The translations under genes were made by a program, and so were the position numbers. Below, piece after piece: positions 10,929-20,327 of a stretch of 64,000 nucleotides of DNA. The stretch is from an uncultured Flavobacteriaceae bacterium (GTDB lineage Bacteria > Bacteroidota > Bacteroidia > Flavobacteriales > Flavobacteriaceae), in assembly GCA_964353005.1 (NCBI GenBank), contig CAYGUC010000008.1:17579-81578 (forward strand), given 5' to 3'. The notes under the pieces are model-generated. The model worked only from the letters and a program-made list of their open reading frames with translations, searched no databases and had not been told where the DNA came from. Position 1 is the stretch's first letter; each line of letters starts with the position of its first letter.

Positions 10929-10976
10929 AAAATCCTCCCGCACGAATATAACCACTAAGTGCAGGGGGATTTTTTA
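10929..10976 (+). terminator. Rho-independent terminator after the chitinase gene
   Basis: Imperfect stem aaaatcctcccgcac / gtgcagggggatttt followed by a T-run. Confidence 0.6.
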
Positions 10977-11240
10977 TATTTATAAAGATTGCTTTTGTGA
11001 GTTCTTCCAACATTCTGATAATTTCAACAATCCTCTTTCTATACTTTCTATACTTTCTGTAGGTATCGTTGTAAGTGTAAAACTTTTATATATAGAGTTA
11101 TAACTACATAAGAAATAAAAACGAAGGATTATCTACTACACTATTACAAATAAAAGTTACGCTTAAAAAATTCCTTCTGGTATTTATAAAAGGTTCTTAT
11201 TAGGTATCGAACAAATATATGATGAGTAAAACAATCTGTT

Positions 11241-11966
11241 CTATAAAAGTTTTCCAGAAGATAAACCGTTACTTTTCTTAAATTTTAAAGTTTTAGTACC
11301 CATTATTAAAAGCCATAAACAAATACCTATTTCCCCAATAGATGCAGGCAGACCAACAATGGTTGCTATCGTTGTTTTGTGAAAACCAGGATATAGAAAA
11401 CCTGCAAAAAATGTAATTAAATACCCTATGCATCCTGCCATTAATAACATTCCTAAGATTTTTGGTAAAAACCCTGATTTATATACCAAATATCCAAAAG
11501 GAAATAACCATAACCCCCAAAATATCTGAGAAATCTCTATACCATTGTTATACGAATCCAAATAAAACATTACTTGTAATTGAATTTCTGACGTATCTAT
11601 ACCTTCAAGATATTTTGCTTTGCTTATCCAGGTAAGTACCGCAAACTTGTTAAGCATGTTTACAAACGAAACAGGAATACTTACAACGGCAAAAACCACC
11701 ATTAGCAATGCATGTGTTTTATTTACTTCATTAAGTAATTTATATAATACCAATGGTAAAAGTAAAAATGATAAAAAAGTTATTATCCCACTTACAATAC
11801 CTAATCTAAATAGTAGTTCTGAGTTTATTATATTTTGAAGTGTTTTTGCTGCATCTTCCCAAACTATTAGTTTTGAAGGAATATACATAAGATTAATGAT
11901 TCCACTTATTACAAGAATTAAATATAATAATCCGGCAAGTCTTGCTGTTTTGTCTCTGTTAATCAT
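11241..11966 (-). CDS. DUF4386-like polytopic membrane protein
   Basis: About six predicted TM helices. The N-terminus (KTARLAGLLYLILVISGIINLMYIPSKL) resembles DUF4386 family members as I recall them. Confidence 0.55.
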   Translation of the reverse strand: MINRDKTARLAGLLYLILVISGIINLMYIPSKLIVWEDAAKTLQNIINSELLFRLGIVSGIITFLSFLLLPLVLYKLLNEVNKTHALLMVVFAVVSIPVSFVNMLNKFAVLTWISKAKYLEGIDTSEIQLQVMFYLDSYNNGIEISQIFWGLWLFPFGYLVYKSGFLPKILGMLLMAGCIGYLITFFAGFLYPGFHKTTIATIVGLPASIGEIGICLWLLIMGTKTLKFKKSNGLSSGKLL

Positions 11967-12141
11967 TGTATTTCGTTTTTAAATATGACGAAACATGCCA
12001 TAATTTGTTACAAGTGGATATCTATTTGATCTTTGTACAATGGTTTATCAACTGTTTTGCATTTTTATTTAATTATAGTTTTTATAATTAAGCTCTGCTT
12101 TAGCTTTTTGTGCTATGGTTTCAAAATATGGTTTAGGCTCA

Positions 12142-13233
12142 TTATTTTATTATGAACGTTGGCAAAAATATATCTTTCATTATTGCAAAAGGCAACTTAT
12201 CCTCTTGCGAATTGTAAGCTCCTCCTGTAAAAACAGCTACTGCATCTAACTCTGGAAGGATTATTATGTATTGTCCTCCGTTTCCTGTTGCTACTTTAGT
12301 AACCATCCTTTTTTGATGTACCATAAACGGAATATTCCACCATAAATAACCATAATCTATTCCTGTAATTTTTGTTTTAGGGGTGGTAGATTCTTCTACC
12401 CATTTTTGAGATACCACTTGTTTTTCGTTCCATTTTCCTTTATGGAGTATTAATCTACCAATTTTAGCCATATCCCGTGGGGTCATAAAAAGTCTCTTGC
12501 CAGACGGAATAACTTCTTTATTAGAAGTATGCCCCCAACTTACATTATTTATACCCAGTGGATTGAATAGATATTGTTGGGCAAATTTATCGATGGGCAT
12601 TCCAGAAGCTCTGTTTATTATTTCTGCTATTAAAACTACACCCATAGAGCAATAATTTGAGCCTGTACCAGGTTCATTTACCATTGGTAAATCCAGTGTG
12701 TACTGAATCCAATCTTTTTTTCTATATACTTTATCTTCTTGCCCTTTTGATGTTTTATCCCAATCATTGCAATCCAATCCACTAGACATTGTTAATAAAT
12801 CCTTGATGGTAATTTTTTCTTTTCTTTTATCCAGATTTTTGTTTGGTGTCTGAGGCTTCAAATATTTGAATACAGGATCATTTATATTATCTATAAACCC
12901 TTTATCGATTGCTATTCCCATTAAAATTGATCTTATACTTTTTGTTGCAGAACGAAGATCTTGTTGCTGATCTGTCAGGTACCCATTAAAATATTCTTCT
13001 ATAATAATTTGGCCATTTTGTATCCATAAAACACTATGAATTTTATTTTTTCCGTTCTGTATTTGATTAAACAATTGATATATACGTGCTGTATCTACTT
13101 TTTGCGATTTTAAATGGTTGGTTTTCCAACCATCTGCAAGTGTTTTTGGTTGTGAGTAGGAATATGTGTTTTGCCCGTAGCAAAATGTGCTAATAGCTAC
13201 AAGGATAATTGCTAAAGTTGTGGTGTTTTTCAA
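12142..13233 (-). CDS. Serine hydrolase, beta-lactamase/transpeptidase fold
   Basis: Signal peptide and an SxxK motif (RSATKSI). Size of about 360 aa. Confidence 0.75.
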   Translation of the reverse strand: MKNTTTLAIILVAISTFCYGQNTYSYSQPKTLADGWKTNHLKSQKVDTARIYQLFNQIQNGKNKIHSVLWIQNGQIIIEEYFNGYLTDQQQDLRSATKSIRSILMGIAIDKGFIDNINDPVFKYLKPQTPNKNLDKRKEKITIKDLLTMSSGLDCNDWDKTSKGQEDKVYRKKDWIQYTLDLPMVNEPGTGSNYCSMGVVLIAEIINRASGMPIDKFAQQYLFNPLGINNVSWGHTSNKEVIPSGKRLFMTPRDMAKIGRLILHKGKWNEKQVVSQKWVEESTTPKTKITGIDYGYLWWNIPFMVHQKRMVTKVATGNGGQYIIILPELDAVAVFTGGAYNSQEDKLPFAIMKDIFLPTFIIK

Positions 13234-13317
13234 GGAGTAACAATTTTAATTAATACTTGTGCCACTACCATTTTATTTTGTAGCAATACTACTCTGTATA
13301 GCAGTATTTGTGGCTTT

Positions 13318-13962
13318 TTATTCTAGTTCGTAGTTTCCATTTGCCCATTTTATGGTTGGCTCGATCCATTCTTTTAAAGGTTTGAATAAAAACCCGTGTC
13401 CCAAACCTGTGTGTAGTTCAATTTCTTTAAAATGATCTATTTTACAGGTTGAGTTTATTTTTCGGTCGATTGCAGAAACTCCAAACGGATCTGATTCTTC
13501 ATAAATGGTCAAAATATTTCCACAATAATTAATTTCGGGAATATTTAAAATATCATTATTTGTATAGCTTGCGATAAATACAAAATTAAGGTTGGGATTA
13601 TTAGCTAAAGTCGAAACATATTGTGCTATATATCCTCCTTTTGAAGTTCCTACCACGGTAATTTTTTTTGGATCGATTCCTTTTTTTAATAAGTCATCTA
13701 TTTGATTTACAATTCGAATCGCATATTCTCTGGCATTTACATTTCCGTTTCTTATTTCGCTAATAACTTTGCTCCCTCCTTTTTCGAGTTCGGTTATAAT
13801 TTCGTTGTATTCTGTTCGTCCAAATTCGGGATGAGATTCGTTTACATCATGCGTTTCTAAAAATCGGTTGTGAATAAAAAAAATAAACCTATCGTCGTTT
13901 TTATTTTCACAAGCATAGAGCATCGAGCAAAAAAGAATTCCTATGATAAGGCTTACCTTCAT
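13318..13962 (-). CDS. Secreted/lipoprotein alpha/beta-hydrolase-like protein
   Basis: Signal with Cys (MLYACENK), a GxSxG nucleophile elbow (VVGTSKGGY) and a C-terminal HTGLGHGF. Confidence 0.5.
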   Translation of the reverse strand: MKVSLIIGILFCSMLYACENKNDDRFIFFIHNRFLETHDVNESHPEFGRTEYNEIITELEKGGSKVISEIRNGNVNAREYAIRIVNQIDDLLKKGIDPKKITVVGTSKGGYIAQYVSTLANNPNLNFVFIASYTNNDILNIPEINYCGNILTIYEESDPFGVSAIDRKINSTCKIDHFKEIELHTGLGHGFLFKPLKEWIEPTIKWANGNYELE

Positions 13963-14152
13963 TTATTTACATTTTAAAAAATTACGGATAATAACTATAT
14001 ATCTATTAAACAAGTAACGAAGTTAATAAATATTTCATATTTCTGGACTACATTATAGTAGTTGGGTTCTTGTATTTTGATACTACATAAAACTCTATTA
14101 CTATAATTTAAAGAAAATACAAAAAAATTGTTTTACTGCCCTACTTTTATCT

Positions 14153-14260
14153 TCCCTGGGTAATAAAACATAAATCCCAAGTATATAATAATATTCCCTG
14201 CTCTATTTTTGTTTTCCTTATATAATAAATACTAATCCCCGATATAAAAATAATAATCCC
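14153..14260. repeat. Six degenerate copies of a TCCC(C)-core motif spaced about 20-22 bp (left block of the inverted array)
   Basis: The TCCC/TCCT/TCCCC cores start at 14153, 14175, 14195, 14215, 14236 and 14257. Confidence 0.6.
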
Positions 14261-14276
14261 AGTTACGGGGAACATT

Positions 14277-14481
14277 AAAGATAGTGCAGGGATGAGTATA
14301 TCCGTGCGGGGAGCATCAAAGATAGTACGGGGATAAACATATCTGTACGGGGAGTATCAAAGATAGCGCGGGGATAAGTATATCTATACGGGGATAACCA
14401 AAGATAGTGCGGGGATAAGTATATCTGTACGGGGAGCATCAAAGATAGTGCGGGGATGAGTATATCCATGCGGGGGTCTTT
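14277..14481. repeat. Five tandem copies of a 41-bp unit, each made of two half-units of about 20.5 bp with a CGGGGA core
   Basis: Units start at 14277, 14318, 14359, 14400 and 14441. The consensus is aaagatagtgcggggataagtatatctgtacggggagcatc. GGGGA cores occur at 14267, 14288, 14308, 14329, 14349, 14370, 14390, 14411, 14431, 14452 and 14472. Confidence 0.9.
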
Positions 14482-14754
14482 AAAATCAAGGGATTTACTT
14501 TATACAAAGAAGTGATTTAGTGTATATATGTAATAAAAAACAAATAAAATTTATATAACCATAAGATTTCTTATCCTTTTTTATGCATTACTGTGATATA
14601 GGGTGAAATATTTTTTTACAGCTTTGTTTTCTAACTTTATATAGTAGTCAAAAACAAGATACCAAGACAGTTGCCTTTTTGTTCTTGGATTACCAATAGC
14701 GGAATCTGAAAAGCTAATGTAAACAGAGTAAGAAAAAAACTTAAAACCTAACCA

Positions 14755-16059
14755 ATGGAAGAGACTATTATTTTAGAACAAACAGAAACGTTATATGTGG
14801 GTATCCATACCCACGATGAAGTGGTAGAAAAATTAAAAACAATTTTGAATGACCACCCAGAAATGTGTGTTGCTTTATTAGCTTCTTTAAAAGCTGCTAA
14901 TGACTCTGCAAAAAAGATTTTAAACCCAGACCTTTATCAAGCAATAAATGATGAATTTAAAGGAAATGGTTGGCCAGTAACTATCCCTGCATACTACGAT
15001 TATTTAGATTTATATGTTCGTATAGTACCAAATGAAAGTAATGATCCTAATTATCCTAATGCGTGGAAAAGTAATGGACAACAAAATGGGTATAATCAAA
15101 AAGTATATGACTTGTTATGTCAATTTTATTGGTTAATCGATCAAAAAATACCAGGTACTAATCGCACTATGCAAAGTTTTGAGAGTTTTGCTGCTTGGTT
15201 GGTTGATTTTGCAAAAGCCTGGGGTAGTTTTTTGGATACCGAACCGTCGTTAACCAAAGAGAGTTTACACTCTTTTAAATATGACACTATGTATAATTAT
15301 CCGCTATATGCCGATAATGAAAAAAACTGGCATACTTTTAATAATTTCTTTTACCGCGAGTTTAATAATGCAGATCCAAAAACGGGTATAAGTCCTTTAC
15401 GCCCTATTGCAGAGCCCGATAACAATAAAACTATTGTATCTGCTGCAGATTGTACTTTTAAAGAAAATTATCCTATTGATAAAGATGGTAATGTATTGGA
15501 TGTGGAAGGAGAAAAGACCAAAATCACTTTAAAACACACTCATACTATTGGTACTGTAGATGAGCTTTTGGATAACAGTAGTTATGCAAAAGATTTTTAT
15601 GGCGGAACTTTTATACACTATTTTTTAAGTCCGTTTGATTACCATCGTTTTCATACCTCGGTTAGTGGTAAAGTATTAGAGATAAAGGCTGTACCAGGAA
15701 AAGTATATTTATCGGTTAATGTAACGGATGATGGGCAATGGGATGCTCCTGACAGTGCTACAGATGGATATGAATTTACACAAGCGCGTGGTATTGTAAT
15801 TATGGATGCAGGTGTAGATGTTGGAAAAGTGGCTATTATACCTATCGGGATGTGCCAGGTATCTGGAGTAGATATGTATGAACAACTTAAAGGAAAAACG
15901 GTGCCTAAAGGTCAGGAATTTGGTAAATTTAAGTTTGGAGGTTCAGATATTATCCTGCTTTTTGAGAAAGCTCCTAAGGATTTATATATGTTTAAAGAAG
16001 ATCCGTCTCATAACCCTATTCATTTTCAATATGGGCAAACTGCAGTGTATTGTAAATAA
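14755..16059 (+). CDS. Long-form phosphatidylserine-decarboxylase-family (pyruvoyl-dependent) decarboxylase; substrate unknown
   Basis: The C-terminal proenzyme-cleavage-like motif FKFGGSDIILLFE lies about 40 aa from the C-terminus, which fits a small alpha chain. At 434 aa it is much longer than ordinary bacterial Psd. Confidence 0.65.
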   Translation: MEETIILEQTETLYVGIHTHDEVVEKLKTILNDHPEMCVALLASLKAANDSAKKILNPDLYQAINDEFKGNGWPVTIPAYYDYLDLYVRIVPNESNDPNYPNAWKSNGQQNGYNQKVYDLLCQFYWLIDQKIPGTNRTMQSFESFAAWLVDFAKAWGSFLDTEPSLTKESLHSFKYDTMYNYPLYADNEKNWHTFNNFFYREFNNADPKTGISPLRPIAEPDNNKTIVSAADCTFKENYPIDKDGNVLDVEGEKTKITLKHTHTIGTVDELLDNSSYAKDFYGGTFIHYFLSPFDYHRFHTSVSGKVLEIKAVPGKVYLSVNVTDDGQWDAPDSATDGYEFTQARGIVIMDAGVDVGKVAIIPIGMCQVSGVDMYEQLKGKTVPKGQEFGKFKFGGSDIILLFEKAPKDLYMFKEDPSHNPIHFQYGQTAVYCK

Positions 16060-16080
16060 TAAGTAATACTCTAATAGATA

Positions 16081-16120
16081 AAAAAGCGGTGGATCTGTTA
16101 AAAAGATCTATCGCTTTTTT
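16081..16120 (+). terminator. Rho-independent terminator after the PSD-family gene
   Basis: aaaaagcg..gatct / agatc..cgctttttt imperfect hairpin with a T-run. Confidence 0.6.
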
Positions 16121-16207
16121 ATCTATATTTCTCTTTTATATTTGTTTCTTATCCCCTATTTGAATATCCCAAATTTCCTGAATAGCAATAGGTTTACGGT
16201 TAAACAC

Positions 16208-16690
16208 TTAATTGCCTAATTTACTATATGTAGTGTTATCTTCATTTCTCCAACCAAAAAACTTTATTATTACATGCCAAAAACCATAATATTCTTTTCC
16301 TTTGTTTAACCAGATGTTATATGATTCACCTTCTAAAGTATTTAGTGTTAAAATTTCATATTCGAATTTTCTAATCATTTGGTCTGGCTGAATATGGATA
16401 GCTCTTTCTTTTTCTGAATTCGGAACTGTAAATACTGTTAAAGAATCTATCGATAGAAAGTTTAATTGATCCTTCTTCCAAGCAATCTCTTTAGTTCCAA
16501 TTATTATCCAATTGCCATTAGGGTGCCCATATTTGACAATTGGTAATCCAAAATTTCGATCTACAATAGATTTCTCAAATTCGTTTTTAAAGGATGCTGA
16601 TAATTCATCAAATAATTGAGAATATTTAGATGGAACTCCATAATTCAAAGCTTTTTCAGTAATACTTTTTTTGATTTCTTTGTCAGTCAT
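16208..16690 (-). CDS. Hypothetical protein (160 aa), no recognisable domain
   Basis: Clean ORF in the same orientation as the TssD-lipase island. No motif recognised. Confidence 0.5.
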   Translation of the reverse strand: MTDKEIKKSITEKALNYGVPSKYSQLFDELSASFKNEFEKSIVDRNFGLPIVKYGHPNGNWIIIGTKEIAWKKDQLNFLSIDSLTVFTVPNSEKERAIHIQPDQMIRKFEYEILTLNTLEGESYNIWLNKGKEYYGFWHVIIKFFGWRNEDNTTYSKLGN

Positions 16691-17159
16691 TTAATTGATG
16701 GTAACATTAAATATATAAATTGAAGTGAAACAAGTACCTCAACAAATCGATCTATCTGCACATTTTTATTTCTTGTTAATTTATAAAAGTTTGTACTCCG
16801 CCTTATCAGGTATCCAGCTCTTTTACAAAAAAGGAATTATCTTTTGATTGGTGCTAAATTTTTCTATGATTTTATATATAATGTTAACAAACATATTATT
16901 CACTTTTAATAAGATATTCCAATTATAATTATTCGTTCTATAAAATAATCAGAGTAATCCAAATTTGAATTTAACATTTTGTTTATCATATGTTCAGGCT
17001 GAACAGGTCCTATTGTATTAATTATATCTAAATAATCAACAATAAAATCATTATAGTTACAAGTTTCTTTCAAAGCTACCCAAAATCGTCCGCAACAACT
17101 AACCTTATGACGTGCCAATAGGCCAGGGCTATATGCTTAGTTATTATGCACAATTATTT

Positions 17160-18071
17160 TTAATTCCAAACTTGATAACAAACAAAAGGATAAATATTTA
17201 TATCGGGTTTTATAACTTTTTGAAACTGGACAGAGCCTATGTTTTCCTTATTTAATAATTTGAAATTACCCAAATGCTCTTCTATAGGTCCTGGTAAAAT
17301 TATTCCAACATTTTTGTGTACTGAATAACCCAATTTTAATATAACAAAAAACAAACCTATATGCGAAGGTGAAAGAATTTTATATACACCTTCTTCAAGT
17401 TGGTTCAGATTTTCAGATTTAATTAATGGTTTTAGTTCTTTATGTTTATTAAAAGTCAAATATTCATTAATGTATTTTCCTCCAGGCGAAAAGATATAGG
17501 AATACCCAAAATAATAGAATGCATATAAATAAGCGAATCTTAATAAACCATCATTGATTTTTTCTTCATCTCCAAAATCAAATATGAACTGCACTTGAGA
17601 TTTTTCTTTGCCTTGCATATTTGTTACATTTTTTTTAGCGTAAGGATTTTTAGGATTAGACGTAATATCAATTCGTCTTTTTTCTTTATCTCTCGTTAAC
17701 TTGGTTTTGAATTTATTTGATGAATCGACAGACATTTTGAAATCTAAATCTCCTTCACTCTCTAATGCTGAAAAAGCCTTGAACCATTTGCTCAAATGAC
17801 TATCGTATACTGAACCATTTATATTGTTACATTTTTTACAGGTTAGTAAAATTTGTTTTCCATTTAGTTTTTTAGGGGGAACATCCTCAATTGTAAGAGG
17901 ATTTTCTAGTGTTTGACTTAAGTCTTCTTTGTGAAATGATCTATAACACAAAGGACATATATAAAATTCATTGTCAATTCTTCTCAATTGATTACTATCG
18001 AAGACTGTTGAAAAGTTTTTGGAGAACTCCTCAAATATTTTTAGTCTTTTATTTTCTCCTCTATTTTTCAT
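17160..18071 (-). CDS. Hypothetical protein with an N-terminal CxxC...CxxC zinc-ribbon / degenerate HNH-like motif
   Basis: The segment CPLCYRSF...LTIEDVPPKKLNGKQILLTCKKCNNINGS resembles the CxxC...EHVPP...CxxCN layout of some HNH nucleases, with His replaced by Asp. The C-terminal 200 aa are unassignable. Confidence 0.45.
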   Translation of the reverse strand: MKNRGENKRLKIFEEFSKNFSTVFDSNQLRRIDNEFYICPLCYRSFHKEDLSQTLENPLTIEDVPPKKLNGKQILLTCKKCNNINGSVYDSHLSKWFKAFSALESEGDLDFKMSVDSSNKFKTKLTRDKEKRRIDITSNPKNPYAKKNVTNMQGKEKSQVQFIFDFGDEEKINDGLLRFAYLYAFYYFGYSYIFSPGGKYINEYLTFNKHKELKPLIKSENLNQLEEGVYKILSPSHIGLFFVILKLGYSVHKNVGIILPGPIEEHLGNFKLLNKENIGSVQFQKVIKPDINIYPFVCYQVWN

Positions 18072-18153
18072 TGCTTACAATGCCTGCTATATAATTATGT
18101 AGCCATCCCAATAGGTTAGCTATTAATTATATAGCTTGTTCTAAGTCGTTATT

Positions 18154-18687
18154 TTATTCTTCTATCACTTTTAATATATCCTCTACAGGAATATACATTG
18201 GTTTAGATAAATAAGGTTTAGTTGTATTCATAAAAAACCTATCTTCTATCTTGCATGGGATACATCTTTTTTTAGATAACAATTTTTTAATCTCATTTTT
18301 ACTCAGATACTCATTTTTCTCATTGTAATTTTTACGAAACTTAACCAAAGAGGTATATTTATAAGAACCATTTGGAGTGTTTTTCTCTTTTTTCTCTTTT
18401 AAATATCCCGAAATATTATATTTACTATCAACAACTTCTTTGATTCCGAAATTTTTTTGATCTGTAAATAAACATATAAAATTCGGACTACCACCTTTTT
18501 CTTTTATCAAGCTGTCAATTTGTATGTCTGATGTGAAATGTACTTCGAAAATATCTAAAAAAGGATGTTTTTTGTCAATAGGATTAAATTTTATATAATT
18601 TAAGCTAGCTTGAGGTATATTATGATCTTTTGAACAGGATATTGATGTTAAATAAATAACTGAAAATATTATTAAATATAGTCTCAT
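18154..18687 (-). CDS. Small lipoprotein, candidate immunity protein for the upstream TssD-lipase
   Basis: Lipoprotein signal (YLTSISCSK). Located 13 bp downstream of the effector-like gene on the same strand. Confidence 0.55.
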   Translation of the reverse strand: MRLYLIIFSVIYLTSISCSKDHNIPQASLNYIKFNPIDKKHPFLDIFEVHFTSDIQIDSLIKEKGGSPNFICLFTDQKNFGIKEVVDSKYNISGYLKEKKEKNTPNGSYKYTSLVKFRKNYNEKNEYLSKNEIKKLLSKKRCIPCKIEDRFFMNTTKPYLSKPMYIPVEDILKVIEE

Positions 18688-18700
18688 AAGTGCTAAAGGA

Positions 18701-20107
18701 TTACTTGTTTTCTAAATATTGATTAATAGAAGTCGATAATAAGCTTGAAGGAGAAATAGCTTTTTTAGCAATAATTTCATTGAACATTTCTTTTGCTTGT
18801 CCGTGACTATATTGAGTAGTATGCATTATGTGAGGTTTTTGTTTTCTTGGAAACCATTGCCCTCCAAAATCTGCAATAAAATCATCTTGTTTATAATTTT
18901 TAGGATCGGTATAAATATTGATCCAATAATTTACTTTTGGATTCGGAAAAAGTAAATGAATATCTGAAATTAAAGTAACTCCACTTCCTTCACCAACTGG
19001 ATCAAGGGTAATTAATGTGTCTACAATATAACCTTTTATAGTTAATATCTCGGATAAATGCGCTCCATTCCAACCACCAAGACTATGACCAACAATGTTA
19101 ATTTTAGTTCCATTATTATTGGGTATCACATTTAATACATATTTTTCAATATCATCATTTCCTTTAACCTCATTATACCCTAAATAGTAAGAACTATACT
19201 GCGTATACTGTATTTTGTCTTTAAAGACATCTTCTACATCTTTCATAATTTCCGTTTTCCAATCCGTATAAAACGGTTCTTTATCCCCAGCGCCACCAAT
19301 AAAAAAGGTGACTATTTGTTTGTATGTAGCTTTGGTATTTATATTTGGATTAAGGCTACCTACATGGGCATATATTGTAGCGGTATGTTTTCCTTTGCTT
19401 ACTTGTATAGGTGTTTTTAATATTCCATCATCATACGTACCACCTGTAGTGAGTTTTTGATGTTGCGAGGTATCCTCATCGTCATAATTAACAGACCATT
19501 GTATCTCATTTAGGTCATCTCCTTCTTCATAGTTTTTTAGTGTAGCGTAATAGTAATACTCATGTTTAGGGCTAATATAGTTTATCTTATTCCCTCTTTC
19601 ATCAAATGGACCATTTACATCTGTTACTTTTATTGGGTCATTTTCTTGTTCATTCTCTACAGCTTGATAGGGCATTTGCTCACTAGGAAATACCCAACTC
19701 TCTTGCCAAGGTTTTATCAAAGTTATTCCTTTTACTTCTTGTATAGCTGCAGAGATTGTCATTGTTACTGTCATCGGTTCTTCTCCTATAGCAGTAAATT
19801 TTTCTTTCCAATAGATTAAAGCAGCATCATTAAATTTGTATTCAAAAAGGATGATACCATCAAAATCTCCTTGATAAAATACAATTTTGCCTTCTGTTAA
19901 TGTGCAGAATTCATTTTTTTGACTATGGGTCATCCACCGCAATAGTCTGTCATCATCATAACCAGAAGTAAAGGCCAGGGTAACAAGACCTCCCATTGGT
20001 ATCTCACCACAGCGCCCTGTTTTAGGATTAAAAAATCTATAATATTGTAAATCTGTCCATAATACTTCTCGTTCTGTTCCCAAAACGAATAATTTGGCTT
20101 TGATCAT
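18701..20107 (-). CDS. TssD (Bacteroidetes-type Hcp) N-terminal domain fused to a C-terminal alpha/beta-hydrolase (lipase-like) domain
   Basis: N-terminal residues 1 to about 135 match the Bacteroidetes TssD pattern (KAKLFVLGTEREVL...GEIPMGGLVTLAFTS...LLRWM...GKIVFYQGD...FNDAALI...GEEPMTVTMTISA). The C-terminal part has GGAGD and the nucleophile elbow IVGHSLGGWNGAH. Confidence 0.75.
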   Translation of the reverse strand: MIKAKLFVLGTEREVLWTDLQYYRFFNPKTGRCGEIPMGGLVTLAFTSGYDDDRLLRWMTHSQKNEFCTLTEGKIVFYQGDFDGIILFEYKFNDAALIYWKEKFTAIGEEPMTVTMTISAAIQEVKGITLIKPWQESWVFPSEQMPYQAVENEQENDPIKVTDVNGPFDERGNKINYISPKHEYYYYATLKNYEEGDDLNEIQWSVNYDDEDTSQHQKLTTGGTYDDGILKTPIQVSKGKHTATIYAHVGSLNPNINTKATYKQIVTFFIGGAGDKEPFYTDWKTEIMKDVEDVFKDKIQYTQYSSYYLGYNEVKGNDDIEKYVLNVIPNNNGTKINIVGHSLGGWNGAHLSEILTIKGYIVDTLITLDPVGEGSGVTLISDIHLLFPNPKVNYWINIYTDPKNYKQDDFIADFGGQWFPRKQKPHIMHTTQYSHGQAKEMFNEIIAKKAISPSSLLSTSINQYLENK

Positions 20108-20327
20108 TGGTTAATTTTCAGGTTTTTAAAAGTTAGCATTTGTTATAGTTTAGTTGCTCCAATGGCTTAGAACAACAATACAAAACACACTTACCAACTA
20201 CAATGATTTGTAAATGCATATTACACGTTGACTATTGGTTTTGGTTTAATTTTTATTTAAAAATACTATAATTACTCTAAACGATGATAGTATCTTTTTA
20301 TAAAATAATACGATATATCAAGATTTC

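Noticed and set aside
14275-14469. 64-aa minus-strand ORF lying entirely inside the 41-bp tandem repeat array
   Set aside because: The repeat period (41 bp) is not a multiple of 3. The 'protein' is only a translation of the repeats in rotating frames (PRTD.../LSLMLP... reiterations). There is no plausible start context.
14277-14481. Possible CRISPR array
   Set aside because: The units are directly abutting, with no unique spacers. The repeat halves are about 20 bp, and no cas genes are in the window.
16906-17118. 70-aa minus-strand ORF between the 160-aa and 303-aa genes
   Set aside because: It has no motif, an odd composition (CC pair, Ile-rich tail) and no clear start context. It is possibly a gene remnant, and there is not enough support to call it.
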